Assembly: GCA_964106915.2 (NCBI GenBank)
Contig: OZ066918.1
DNA: 64,000 nt
Source: Podarcis gaigeae
Lineage: Eukaryota
Direction: 5' to 3' (one strand)
Shown here: positions 52,767 to 64,000 of the stretch, piece by piece
Layout of the letters: the number at the start of each line of letters is the position of its first letter
Numbering within the stretch: the stretch's first letter is position 1
Notes under the pieces: generated by a model
What the model was told of the DNA's origin: nothing
The model's input: the letters and a program-made list of their open reading frames with translations, nothing else
Databases searched by the model: none
Made by a program: the position numbers and the translations under genes

Positions 52767-55700
52767 TTTAACTCATTTCAGATGCAAGACTATGTGATGA
52801 ATTAAAAGTGCCCCCCCCCCAAAGGAAGTCACATATTAAAGGAGAATAACATCATTTCTCGGGATACAGAACTTCAGTTTCAAGAGTAAATATTTCTTTC
52901 TCTCATCATCCCAAAATTTACATCCTGTCATACAGTAAATAAACTATCTGAAGCCGCACTGAACACTTACAGCTTTTCCACCACTATCCCCTTCCCCCAA
53001 AAAAATATTTGAACTTTTTGTTTTTATTTTTTTAAAAGAACGTTTAGCTATACTGTGGAAACAGTTGCCAGTCACTGCATTTTAGAAAAATCACCCCGGA
53101 GACAGACCTTAGCAAACATCAAAACAATTTCTTGGGATATTCTAAAGTTGCTAGCTAAATGTTGTTTTTGTATGCTTGGGAACAACAATTCCCGACTCAA
53201 GCAATTGCCAGTCAAATTTACGTAAAGCAGAAAATAGGAGCCTGCCTCCTATAAAATATTTTTGAATTGCTAAATCGTGGAATATTGTGTTCAAGATGTA
53301 CGACATGCATAAATAATTATCTAAGAAGCATCTCATCACACTTTATACCATAGCGGGAGTTATATTCTTGTTTTTGACCATTTTTGTACAGATCACAATA
53401 CTGAGGATAAAATAAAAGGCAGCTAAATCGGTATTTATTATTGTATGAATGTAACGCGCGCGCACACATTGATGCCCCGAGGACCTGAAAAGTTACACAC
53501 GCTGTAATTAACTAGCTCTCCTTACGTAACATGTTTATGTAGACAACTTAAACCCCCCAGTAGTTCAAGACGACCTTCCCTTGCCAGTTTCTTTGCCCTA
53601 AGCCAAAAACATTTCGTATTTTCCCTTCCTCCTCCCTGACCATCTCCGAAGGAGATCACAGAAAGAAAGAAACGTTATCGGAAGCAGGACTCTGGAAGGC
53701 TGTTACTTACAAAGGTACTGAGAGTGTGACTTCCAAATAAAGCTGTTTTCCTCATCCCTCCTTACAACCACTTCACCTCTACACTCTTGACATCCTTCAG
53801 TCCTGACAGTCCTCAGTCAAGGGAGAAAACATCTGGAACAGTTTATCAATATATATATGTTACTATCGGTTGGCTTAGGCCATTCTAAAATATTGGCACG
53901 GCTTCTTGTCAAACGCTAATGGCTTTATCCGCTCTTACTTAAAACCCTGAGGTTCCTCACAGGGGTTTCCCCCCCTTGTTCCCCCCTCTGCTTGCATGAG
54001 TCCAATGGAAAAGAAATGGCCCATGGTGTCTCTCTCATTATATTAGGTGAAGTTAGTGCTCTCACTCCTAGCATTTGTTGTGTACCTTGGGAGACATATC
54101 TCTGTGCGTGTGCGTGCGTGTGTGTGTGTGTGCGCGCGCGCGCGCATAAAGGAGACAGAGCAGACAAGTGAGGGAGGGTGGTGATGCAGATGGAGCTGTA
54201 CACATGATCAGAAGGCGGGGGAAACAGAACTAGGAGGGCCTGAACAAAGTTGCAGAGTTATCCAGGAGACTTGCATCTGCGATGCAGCTCTTACCTATCT
54301 AATGTGCACTTTTCTTTGTGGTTCCCTCAGTGTGTGCGCGCGTGGGTGTGCGCGCGCACGGTTCATTTAGTAGTTCATTTTGCCAGCAAAACATGTTCTA
54401 TATATTGAGTAGATAAAACGACCAGAAGAGCAGAATAGCTCACCCTTCCACAAATAAACAAATCGGGATGGCAGGGACTCCCCGCCTTATATTTCAAAAC
54501 TGTCATGGCCCTCATGGACGCATTCCACTTCTAATATAAATACTGGAGCTGAGGAACTTGATGACAAAGAGAGCTGCGCTTTGCAAGAATAACGCCCAGC
54601 CCAGTTGCGTTAGCACGGCCACTAGCCAAAAGCCGAATCTAAACTCCCCAAAGGCAATAAGACTGTTTGGTCACTAGCTCCATTGGACTGCTGCTGCTGC
54701 TAATACTACTACTACTACTGCTATTAGCTTGCCACCGGAGGACCGCAGCCGCATAAGGCGTGGAAGAGACAATTAGAAGTCCTTGCACGTTTGTCCACAC
54801 AAAATGTTTTGCGGATCGCAGTTTCTCCCCCTACTGACTGCCCTGGACAATGCGGCCCAATTGTAAAGTATTGGCAAGATGCCCTTTACTCACAGAGCCC
54901 AGTTAAGTCACCTATTGAAACGACTGGGACTATGTAAGCGGGTTTCAATGAGATTGCTGCGGCTTAAGTGTCTTGTGAACTGGTTTGAGGATCCTAACAA
55001 CTTGAACACCGTGGCCCAGTGGTTTGGGGGGGGGGGGGAAATCACAGACTTGCCCTGCCAGACAGTGGGTAGGAGAGAGATGAGGTTTGTTGAAGAAAAA
55101 CCCTCTTATTACGCACACACAACCACATTGACTGCACCTACTAATAACCATTGAAAAGCTGAACAAATGACAATTGACTTCTTCCGTTTCAGGTTTTGCT
55201 TATCATAGCCTAGGAAATAAATGCATACCAGAAAGTAGGCAGCAAAGCAGCCATTCTGCCCTCTGTCTCCCACTGACACCAGCGACAATTATGTCTGCTT
55301 AAGTGTCGGCAGGATTGCCGCCCAATGGCGTGTTCTGTTGCTTCCAGTGACCTCAGCCACGAACTGGAAAAGATGTGGTTAAGATTTCTGCATAAGAGAA
55401 ACCACAGTATTATTTCTGTAGGTTGGAGATTCAGCAGAAATCTGTTGTGGGAAGGAGGTTTACACTTCCCCCCCAAAATACCTTCTCGATCAGTTCCAAG
55501 GATCAAAAGCCTAAGAGTCTGAGGTGCTTTTTTTCACTCTAAACCCAGATATAATCACATTTGTAGTTTATATTATCCCATCTTCCTCAAGGAATAGATT
55601 ACATTTCTGCATAAGTAGGACACTTGGCTGTTTTCTCCAATAAATAAGTAAATACAGAGTGGGGGAGTGTAAGCTTTTTTTAAAAAAACACACACAAATA

Positions 55701-56639
55701 AATAAATAAACAAACTTCCTAAACTTTAGAGCAATCATCTGGTCTTATACGCTGGGAGTATTTTCTTTACCCCATCTCTTTAACAGAGTTTATTAGGCTG
55801 TATCTGTTAGCAGAATCTGACCTTTAGCTTTTAGTTAAAACAGCCAGATTCTCTGGGCGATTGAGACCCACAGAAACTTTTTTCGCGTTTTCTATGTCTG
55901 TCTCGCTGAAGGGTCATTGAATCAGTGTAGGGAAGTGGTGACCTTTCCGAAGAAGGTCTTCACTGCTTATGAAGAAGGAAAGTCTTGTGAATAAGGGATT
56001 TCTATGCAACTCTACCCCTTCCCACTTCAAAAATCGCCTGTAAACGCAAATCTTCAGGGTGCACTACGGACATTGTCGCCTTATTTCGAATAGCAGCGTA
56101 GGAATCCATAGGAAAAGGAACCAGCCCGATAAGAGGCTTCCTTAAGCTGAAATATACGGGTGCAAGACTTGTGTCGTGCACATGATTTCGAGGGAAACAA
56201 TCCATTTAAAACCCAAGTTATCTGGGGGATTAACTGAGTTGTTGATGGGATGTAAGAGCATAATACAGGGGGAAGCCCGTGTTTCCTGATCACCTATTCA
56301 GCATTTAGGCAGCCGGGAGACTTAAGAGAAGGGAAGGAATTCACCAAAATCAAGAAGAGCCACGTGGAAGGATTGGCGAAGAATCGCCGCAAGATAATGA
56401 TGAGAATTAAACGTGAACCCTCCCTTTTATTCAGGAAGGTATTGGCTCAGAAAATATGACGGAAAATACTGATGGAAAATAAAGGAGAAATTCTGTATCT
56501 CCCCCCCGCCCTTTAATATGTCCTGCCTTTTATTGCTGAAAACTAATGTCTAATTGGGCTAAACTGCAGGAAAGGATGACAGAGCAGGTAATAGGTAGAA
56601 GGTAATGACCAGTTGTGAAGATCGGATGGCTTCAAATCC

Positions 56640-57140
56640 TCTTCCTTCCACCAGTTCAAAACTTGAATTACTGAAGATCAACCCAATCAAATGTTTATTT
56701 CAAATGGAATACTTAATCTAGTGCCTCAGATTAAGGTATTCCTGTCAGATAAGATGTCAATCAATGCCCTACTTAACTCCTCGCATGGTGGAAGTTGGGT
56801 AGCCACCACATTGTGGAAAGCTGGTATACCGGGTAACGATGATACATATCATGTAAACCCCATCGCCAAGATCAAAGCTTTCTTCTTTAATAGGATCCAA
56901 TACATGTCAAACCTCATTCCAATCAAATCGCCCGTAAATTAATGCAAGATGAATATGTCATAGAATAATGTGACAATGCAATCACAGAGGGTCAGGGGTT
57001 GTTGTTTCAATGAGAGAGTTGTCAAATATTAATTCTAGAACCTCCAAATGAATAGGCAGAGAGCAGGATTAAGCACTTGCTGGTGGGACCTTGTGTGGCT
57101 GATTTGTGTTCATGCAAGCAAGTTAAACACTAGAGGGGAG
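56640..57140. promoter_or_regulatory. Candidate conserved intronic enhancer next to the 85-nt ZIC4 exon
   Basis: Cluster of TGTCA, ATCAA(T/A), ATCAAAG (TCF/LEF), GGATTA (Otx-type) and ACAATG (Sox) motifs. Confidence 0.35.
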
Positions 57141-57197
57141 GAATCATATATTGTCTTTGGGCTTTTTTTTTTTTAAGAAAGTCATATTTTAACTTAC

Positions 57198-57282
57198 TTG
57201 ACTGTCCCAGAAGGTTTCTGTAAAGTCTTTTTCTTCTCCTCATTACAGGGGGACCCTTGTGCCTTATTTTCTAACTTGGTTC
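57198..57282 (-). CDS. ZIC4: ZIC4 alternative upstream 85-nt exon (mammal-type first coding exon); coding part 57243-57198 = MRRRKRLYRNLLGQS
   Basis: Acceptor cttttctctcctgaacag|GAACC and donor TCA A|gtaagt (phase 1). It translates IRHKGPPVMRRRKRLYRNLLGQS, collinear with the recalled human N-terminus [23 protein letters not shown]. It is in phase with the internal acceptor at 49202. Confidence 0.85.
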
Positions 57283-59309
57283 CTGTTCAGGAGAGAAAAG
57301 TGGCAATATTTTTTAAAGTGTCTAGTTTATATGCAAGTGATAAATAATTGAAGAATGGCGTGAAATCTTTTTCTTTCTTTTTTTAACACCCCCATCCCGA
57401 ATAAAAACCTCAAATTGTTTTGGAACTCAAGTCTTTGTGTCGCCAAAATATGGCAGAAGTAAAGAAGGGGGGGGGAGGGGGAGAGATGGAAGAGGTGGAA
57501 TATATTTACAATAAAACATTTCAAAACTTCGTGCATATATTACAGAACAACCCTAGGGCTGATTTAGAGGAAGAGATAGGACAGGAGATTTCCAGAATTC
57601 TGCTTTGATCTGACACATACCTCCTGGCTGAGCACTGAGAAGTGTTACCACCGACGCCGCATTGTTTATGGACTTTTCAGAGCTAATATTAAACTTTTCA
57701 GCGCTAATATCGCCGTGTTTGTTTGCAAGACTCTTCCAACCCAAGATGGGATGCTTTAAAGCTGCCGCTTTTGCACCGTCCAACTCTTACTTTTCAAAGG
57801 AGAACCAATGGCCTGGCTGTGGCAAGAGAGGAGCTCTCAGTGCAGATACTAAGACTTAAGAGGAGACTTCAAAAAGCAATAGATTCAGCCCATGACTTAG
57901 TGCTAGTGGTCAATGGGAACAGTAAAGTAGGAATACATAATAGGAAGGAGTGACGCTAACCCTTGTGCCAATTGCAAAGGAAGTAAATGACCAAGTCTAA
58001 ATATTGTTGCAGGAGCTCTTTCTGGATATATATTCCTGAAAGGGAGATGGGAAGGAGAGGAATATATACTTTATATAATTCCATAAGAACCAAATAATGC
58101 AAATATGTGAGCTCAAAGAGGGATTTCGTATAGCTTGTAGTTGTTGTTGTTTTTATTTTTTAAAAAACTACATTAGAAAGATTTCCAATGGGAGTGAAAT
58201 AAATAAATAAATAAATAAATAAATAAATACTCTTAAAATGCTCAATGAAGTTATTGAATCAAGGAGGGGCTTTATGTGGGATATCCAAACTTGACATTTT
58301 TGAATCATTGTAAATTATTGTGATGCTATTAATTATTTTTTATTCTGGAATACGTTTTAATTTTTTAAAATAAACAGATGTGGGGGGGCAGAGGCCAGAT
58401 TTCCTCAAATACTATCAAGGTGGAGTGCAACGTCTCTGCACATCATATAAAATTTGGGGTTATTATTAACACCGAAGTAGTGTTCTGACCTGAAGAGGGG
58501 GAAAGATAGGATTTCCTGTTTCTTTTTGGCTCGAAAAAAGGAGAGGAAATAGGTGCAAGGTCCATGAATGGGGACCTGGATTACATACCTTAACCTCACA
58601 TATTAATACTTATTTTCTTCTAGTTTAAAGTTTGACACGCACTTCACCCGAAATTTCAAAATAGGGGACACCGTAAACAGCGTCTGTTTACAGCCCGAAC
58701 TCTTTCTTATGTCTTCCATTCCAGAAGTGCATGAGATTATTTTACTGTGTGAGATGCACTTCTGAGATGAGATGGAACAAGCCTGTGTATGTGTGCGTAG
58801 GGGTTTGTGCGCGCGCGCGTGTAGTATTTACATCCAGAAAGGCTGGACTTCTGCTGCAGGTCGGCTAGTCAACAGCCTCTATTTCCATACTAAAAACAAT
58901 TTGGCAGCACTCACATAATGGCCGGTAATCCGACTCTCCATGCAGCCAGCCATTCTAATAAACTTCCAGCAAATCTTTTACAGATCCAGCTGACTCTTTG
59001 GAATATCATGCGGAATTTGGGGGTTCTTCTTATGAACTATTTCCATCCTCAAACGGCCTAGTTAAGGCAAGGGAAGCTGCAATGAATCCACCTCCCCAAC
59101 GCATATTGTTTTAAAAGCATAACATATATTTTTCAACGCTCTGAGACTGAGCATACAAGGCTCAAGGCAATCCTAAATGTCTATTACTCTTATAGAGCAA
59201 CTAAGAAGACACTTGGACAGATCTTGCCTTTCAAGAGCTAGACAAACTGTTTGCGGAGAGCATTAGAGGAACTCTATTCTTGGACGGAGGTTAGGAAATC
59301 AGGTTGAGC

Positions 59310-59631
59310 TAGTCGTTCGAAACGGAAGGGCGAACCAATGCGCACAGAGGCGGGGGCGCGCGGGGGCGCGGGCGCGCGGCTACACACTCGAGTCATTGTC
59401 CCGGATACGGTGGGCCCGGCACATGTTCCCGGTCGCAGGTCAGAGGTCAAGCTCCAGGGGTGTTTCCAAAGCCGGCCACTTCAAGAACTCAAGCCTTCAA
59501 CACTTATCCAAACTGATTAACTACATGATCAACAGTAGCCAAGGAAATGCAACGGGCTTCACAGGTCTCGCCACTGCGAGAAATAGCCAGACCAGGATAG
59601 TGTGCGTGTGCGTGTGCGTGTGTATGTGTGT

Positions 59632-59678
<47 letters not shown>

Positions 59679-60750
59679 GCGGGGGAGATGTGACTTTCGT
59701 GGAAATCCTTCTCGATTCCCTTTAAGACTTGGATAGCCTAAAGCTCTGTCGCCCTCCTCCTTCTGATCCAGATTTTACAGATATTCTCTTTAAAGAATAA
59801 AATAAAAATGCAGCAAAATAAATCAGCGAAAGGGTTTGTGGTGGTTGTTATTTTTTTAAAAAAAACACCATGCAGGTTGGTAGACATTTTTTGCACGAAT
59901 AAAAAAAAGAAACAAGGAGTTAAATGATGCTGGAGTGGGGTGTTTGTGTGTAAGGGAGGTAGGAGTGTCACCCGATTACGGAAAGCTCCTGATCGAGATG
60001 GGAATGGAAGGTCCATTGTGAAAAGCTTACGAAGTCTTGGCTACTAGACCTTTAGCCACAGACATGGTTAACTCCTTCCTAACTGCGCAGGAGAGAGTGC
60101 CTGAAACAGAGAAACTGGTGCCGAGTTCTCAAGGGGGAGCAAGACCTGGGCTGACCAAATCCCCGCCTCTCGGTTCCTCCCTGCACCTCGAGCCCAAAGC
60201 AGCGACTCATCTTCCACGGTTGGGAGGCTGGAGCAGAGGTGGACCGAGATAACCGCACTTCTCTAACGCTCGGCACCCTAGGGCATTGTCTGCTTAGGAT
60301 ACACACTCTGGTGTTCTCCGCCTCCTGTTCCCTCCATTCCGAGGCAACCGCATCTCTTTCGCTGCCCTATCTTTTCTCCGTCTGCCCTCCTGTAGTGGGC
60401 GTTCAGATATAGGGCGCTTGTCCCAGCGGCACCATGGGAAGCACCTTGATCACAAACGCCCCGATCCACTTGGCGGTGTGGACCTTCGGGTCGGGGAAGG
60501 GAAAGCCCTGCCCGCCTTTGGCAGTGGGGCCAGGTGCAGCTTTACCTCCCAGCAGTCTCCCGTGGAGGAAAGTCTCTGCCCACGTGCCTGAAAAGGTGCC
60601 AAACCACATCCGCAGAGTGTGTGCGAAGACGGGGGGGGGGGGGCTCCTAAGGTTCATTCATGCACATAACAAGCCTCCTGAAGGTGAAAGGTTGCTCCAG
60701 CGCTTGGCCTGACTGTGGCAGAAGGGAAGCCGCATTTCCTAGCCCGCCCC
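59310..60750. promoter_or_regulatory. CpG-rich promoter/first-exon region between ZIC4 and ZIC1
   Basis: CCAAT followed by TGCGCA and GC boxes at about 59334-59380. CpG is elevated. The region lies upstream of the 85-nt ZIC4 exon, which needs a preceding first exon. Confidence 0.4.
59600..59674. repeat. Compound (GT/GCGTGT)n-(GA)n microsatellite
   Basis: Seen directly. Confidence 0.9.
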
Positions 60751-61200
60751 GCGTCTCCCACCCCTTGATACCACTTCAGTCACTTACCCCACTCCACCTG
60801 TTGAAGCAGAGATCCCCTCATTTCTGCCTAGCATGTCAGAACTGATCAAAAAAAAGAAGAAAGTCGAAAGACAGAGGGAGACGAGAGGAGAGGCTGGGGG
60901 GGGGGTGGGATAGAGGGGGTAGCGTGGGCAGCGGTTGGATCAAACAAAACCAAAACACCTCTTGGGCGACTTCATCGAGGCGGTCATCCTTCATTTCTTC
61001 TTTTCTTGCTTTCTGGGAGCAGCTGGGGATTGTATGGAGAGGCAGAAATGAACCTTCAGGATGATATTTTAATGGCTTATATGTCACGTTGGTGCATGTG
61101 GCTTTGAACTGGAGCAGCTTTCGTTTCCTGCAGAGAGCATGCCGCAAATCCCACTTGATAACTTCTGCAGCCCACAACACTTGCACACAGAGCGCGCGCA

Positions 61201-61201
<1 letters not shown>

Positions 61202-61238
<37 letters not shown>
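61202..61238. repeat. (CA)n microsatellite
   Basis: Seen directly. Confidence 0.95.
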
Positions 61239-61240
<2 letters not shown>

Positions 61241-63379
61241 TGGACTTTATATCTGAACATGTTCCCAACAGCAAACAAACAAACAAACAAACTTTGGACT
61301 GTACCCTTCCACGGCTGTTGACTTAACTTGAGATGGGGTTAAGTGTTGCTCTGTTGCTCTGCATTTTGGAGAGGCGAATCTATTCCCTTTTGCTAACTTC
61401 AAGTATGTGTAGATTATTCTCTCTGGGACCAAACGTTCCTGAGATTCTTGCCCGTCGCTCTCGGATTAGGCATACTAGAGCGAAAGGGCGAAAGAGCAAG
61501 ATCTCATTACATATACCAAGTCTAACACATGAAAACTCTTTATATTCCTTATCAAGGGAAGATGCTTCAGACCTGTTGCTTTAGGACCTTAGATGTGTGC
61601 TTGTATGTGTGTATGTGTGTATGTGTTTGTATGCGTCTGTGTACACACACATAAACAAACATTGTGTGTGTGTACGTGCGTGCGTTTGTGTGTGCAAGCC
61701 TTCTTTAACGCAAGCAGCATTGCCTCCGCTATCGGTCAGAAACTATGATGCCTTGCTAATAGAACTGCCCCGAATATCCTCCTTTATGCATTGAACCTAC
61801 TCGGAAATCTGATATATATAGTATTACACTGCCGAATGGCAGTAAAAAGGTGGTTTTTGTTTTACTTAAACCAAACAGTGTGCCCCTCCCACATTTCACT
61901 GAAATATACAGCTCTGAAATAGGAAATATTTTTCGTGCACTTTTATCTGCCAAGGGAATTGATTCCTAACTCCTTTAACAGAAAACAGGATAAATCAGGT
62001 TGGGGAAAAGTCATAGCGAAGTCACATAAAGGCTGGACAAAGGTTCAAAACCCGAAGGGCTTTAATTTCTAGTTAACATTTATTAACATCCCTCTTCCTC
62101 TCCGTCTAACACACAGGCTCACATTTTCTGTATTGGGGTTGGGGATGGTCCAGGTTAAAATATTACCATTATGGTTTTTTTAAAAAATACCAACACTAAA
62201 AACACTGTTCTCAGCAAAACGCACCCTTTCTCAAAACTACACGGGCATCACAGGGAATAACATACCCAAGTTGCTTTGCTTAATTGATTGAGTCACAAAG
62301 ATTGTCTCTTTTTAAGTAACCATACTTCTACATCTCGACAATCATTTTAATATATAGTCAATGGGTCTTTGTAACAGGAACAAAGAGGAACTATCCGTAG
62401 TTTTTCAATAGACTTGAGTTGGGTAAAGGCAGGTTAATCGAGGGGTTGCATNNNNNNNNNNNNNNNNNNNNNNNNNNNNNNNNNNNNNNNNNNNNNNNNN
62501 NNNNNNNNNNNNNNNNNNNNNNNNNNNNNNNNNNNNNNNNNNNNNNNNNNNNNNNNNNNNNNNNNNNNNNNNNNNNNNNNNNNNNNNNNNNTCAGCAACA
62601 AAGGCGCCGCCTGCTTTTTCCACCGTCCTGGTGTGGCAAGTTGAGGAATTTCAATAAATGTGACAAGGGTGACTGATTTGTGAACTAGAAAAGGTTTGAG
62701 CGTCAGAAAATTTATATTGCTCCTATCTAGTGGGGATTTCAAATACATTATAAAACCCCAGGATCCAAAAGCTCCATGCAGCACAGAAGAGACAAAAGCA
62801 ACTTTGGGGGAGAAAAATACAGGCTTTTTTTTTTTTTTTTACCTGAATGAAAGAGGTCGCGTAAAAAAAGAAGAAAGAAAAACAAGAAACAAAGTGCAGG
62901 GAGATACAATAACAACACTACACTACACACACACACACACAAACAAGCACACAGGCAGAAAGTTAAGCGCTCTCACCCACCTGCCTTTTGATGGGTGCTA
63001 AAAAATAATTCAGAAAAAACAAAGTGATGGAACGTTACAGCCGTTTCCCCACAGAAATCACGCCTGATGTTTTAAAGCAAAATCTAATGTAACCAACACC
63101 TGCGTTCTGGAGAGCATCTGAAAGAAAACAAGGAGGAAGCCCAAATGGAAAAGGAGCAAGTCACAAAAGGACTTCCCTGGGCAACTCCTTAAAAAGTTGT
63201 GTTGTTCAAAGATCTCGATCTCCAGGAACCAAGCATCACCATCACAAGAAAGAAGGAAAAGATAGGCACAGGAATAACATCTACATCTTTCTCTATCTCC
63301 ATAAAACAGCTATAGAAAAGAGAGCTTTGGAATATTGCCGAACCGAAATATATATATATCTATATTATATATGTTTATG

Positions 63380-64000
63380 TATATAAAAAGTTGCTACTCC
63401 TGTACAAGCCTGTTTGTCAAAAGCGATGTCAATGCGCTTCACAATACCTGGGATTGATGAGCTGAGCTGGCCAATCAGGAGAGAAGGAAGGTTTTGCGCA
63501 CCCTTAGTTGGAGAGGAAGGAGGGAGTTGCAAGCGAAAGTGGGAACTGCCAGGCACCAATGATCAGCGACGTCGGTCTTTACGTAGCTCCTCCTCCTTCT
63601 CCCATTCATCAAGGGGGGGACGGTGTCGTCTTTTCAATTCATTTATCTGCAGGAATGATTGCCGCTATCAGTCTCGCGTTCACCGCCCGGCTGAGGAGGT
63701 GAAAGTTTCTCCCCAGGAAGATAAACCGCAAAAGACAATATTGTGCATGATTTGCGCCGTTTTTTTTTTTTTAACAAAGCAGGGGGAAAAAAGGAAAGTG
63801 AAGGGGGAAAAAAGCCCAAGGAGGGGGAAAAGAGACGGAAGGGGGAAAAGAGTGCAAGAACTGGAAGAGAAGAGAAAATTGCTCGCTAGTCCGCTACATT
63901 CCTCTAGCCTCTTTTTTTAAATTAAAAAAAAAAACAGAACTGAAGGAAGTTTAATTTTTGTTTTGCTCCCCCCTCCCCCGTCTGAGCCTGTTTCCTCCTC
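63380..64000 (+). promoter_or_regulatory. ZIC1: ZIC1 promoter and 5' UTR (CDS beyond the window), head-to-head with ZIC4
   Basis: TATATAAAAAG at about 63380, GGCCAATCAG at 63469-63478 and CCAAT at 63556. ACAATACCTGGGATTGATGAG and CATTCATCAAGGGGGG...GATAAACCGCAAAAGACAATATTGTGCATGATTTGCGCC match the recalled mammalian ZIC1 5' UTR. The divergent ZIC1-ZIC4 arrangement is established. Confidence 0.85.
63655..63702 (+). CDS. Upstream ORF in the ZIC1 5' UTR, MIAAISLAFTARLRR*
   Basis: GGA ATG A context, 15 codons plus TGA, inside the apparently conserved UTR block. Confidence 0.45.
   Translation: MIAAISLAFTARLRR

Noticed and set aside
63414-63920. 168-aa plus-strand ORF as ZIC1 CDS
   Set aside because: It has no Zic N-terminal motif. 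This is 5' UTR and low-complexity sequence, and the ZIC1 ATG is outside the window.

Overview
Vertebrate genomic DNA. The SINE, CR1 and LTR repertoire points to a squamate reptile, probably a lacertid lizard (inference). The window holds the complete ZIC4 locus on the minus strand (about 36.4-57.3 kb plus upstream promoter DNA) and, at the right edge, the head-to-head promoter and 5' UTR of ZIC1 on the plus strand; the ZIC1 CDS lies beyond the window. Bases 1-36 kb are non-coding, with enhancer-like blocks, SINEs, CR1 and Penelope fragments, two solo LTRs and dozens of degenerate ~90-bp palindromic MITE-like elements. The main result is that this ZIC4 appears to keep both the fish/amphibian-type and the mammal-type gene structures. 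It has an intact long His-rich N-terminal exon containing a 111-nt in-frame exitron that carries a ZOC-like motif. It also has an 85-nt upstream exon that can splice into the exitron acceptor, and a cryptic donor inside the EWYV motif that creates a TG|A stop when joined to a distal terminal exon. This predicts up to 6 isoforms of 343-549 aa. All comparisons with human or fish sequences are recalled from memory, not database results, and need alignment and RNA-seq confirmation. Six N-gaps limit what can be seen.
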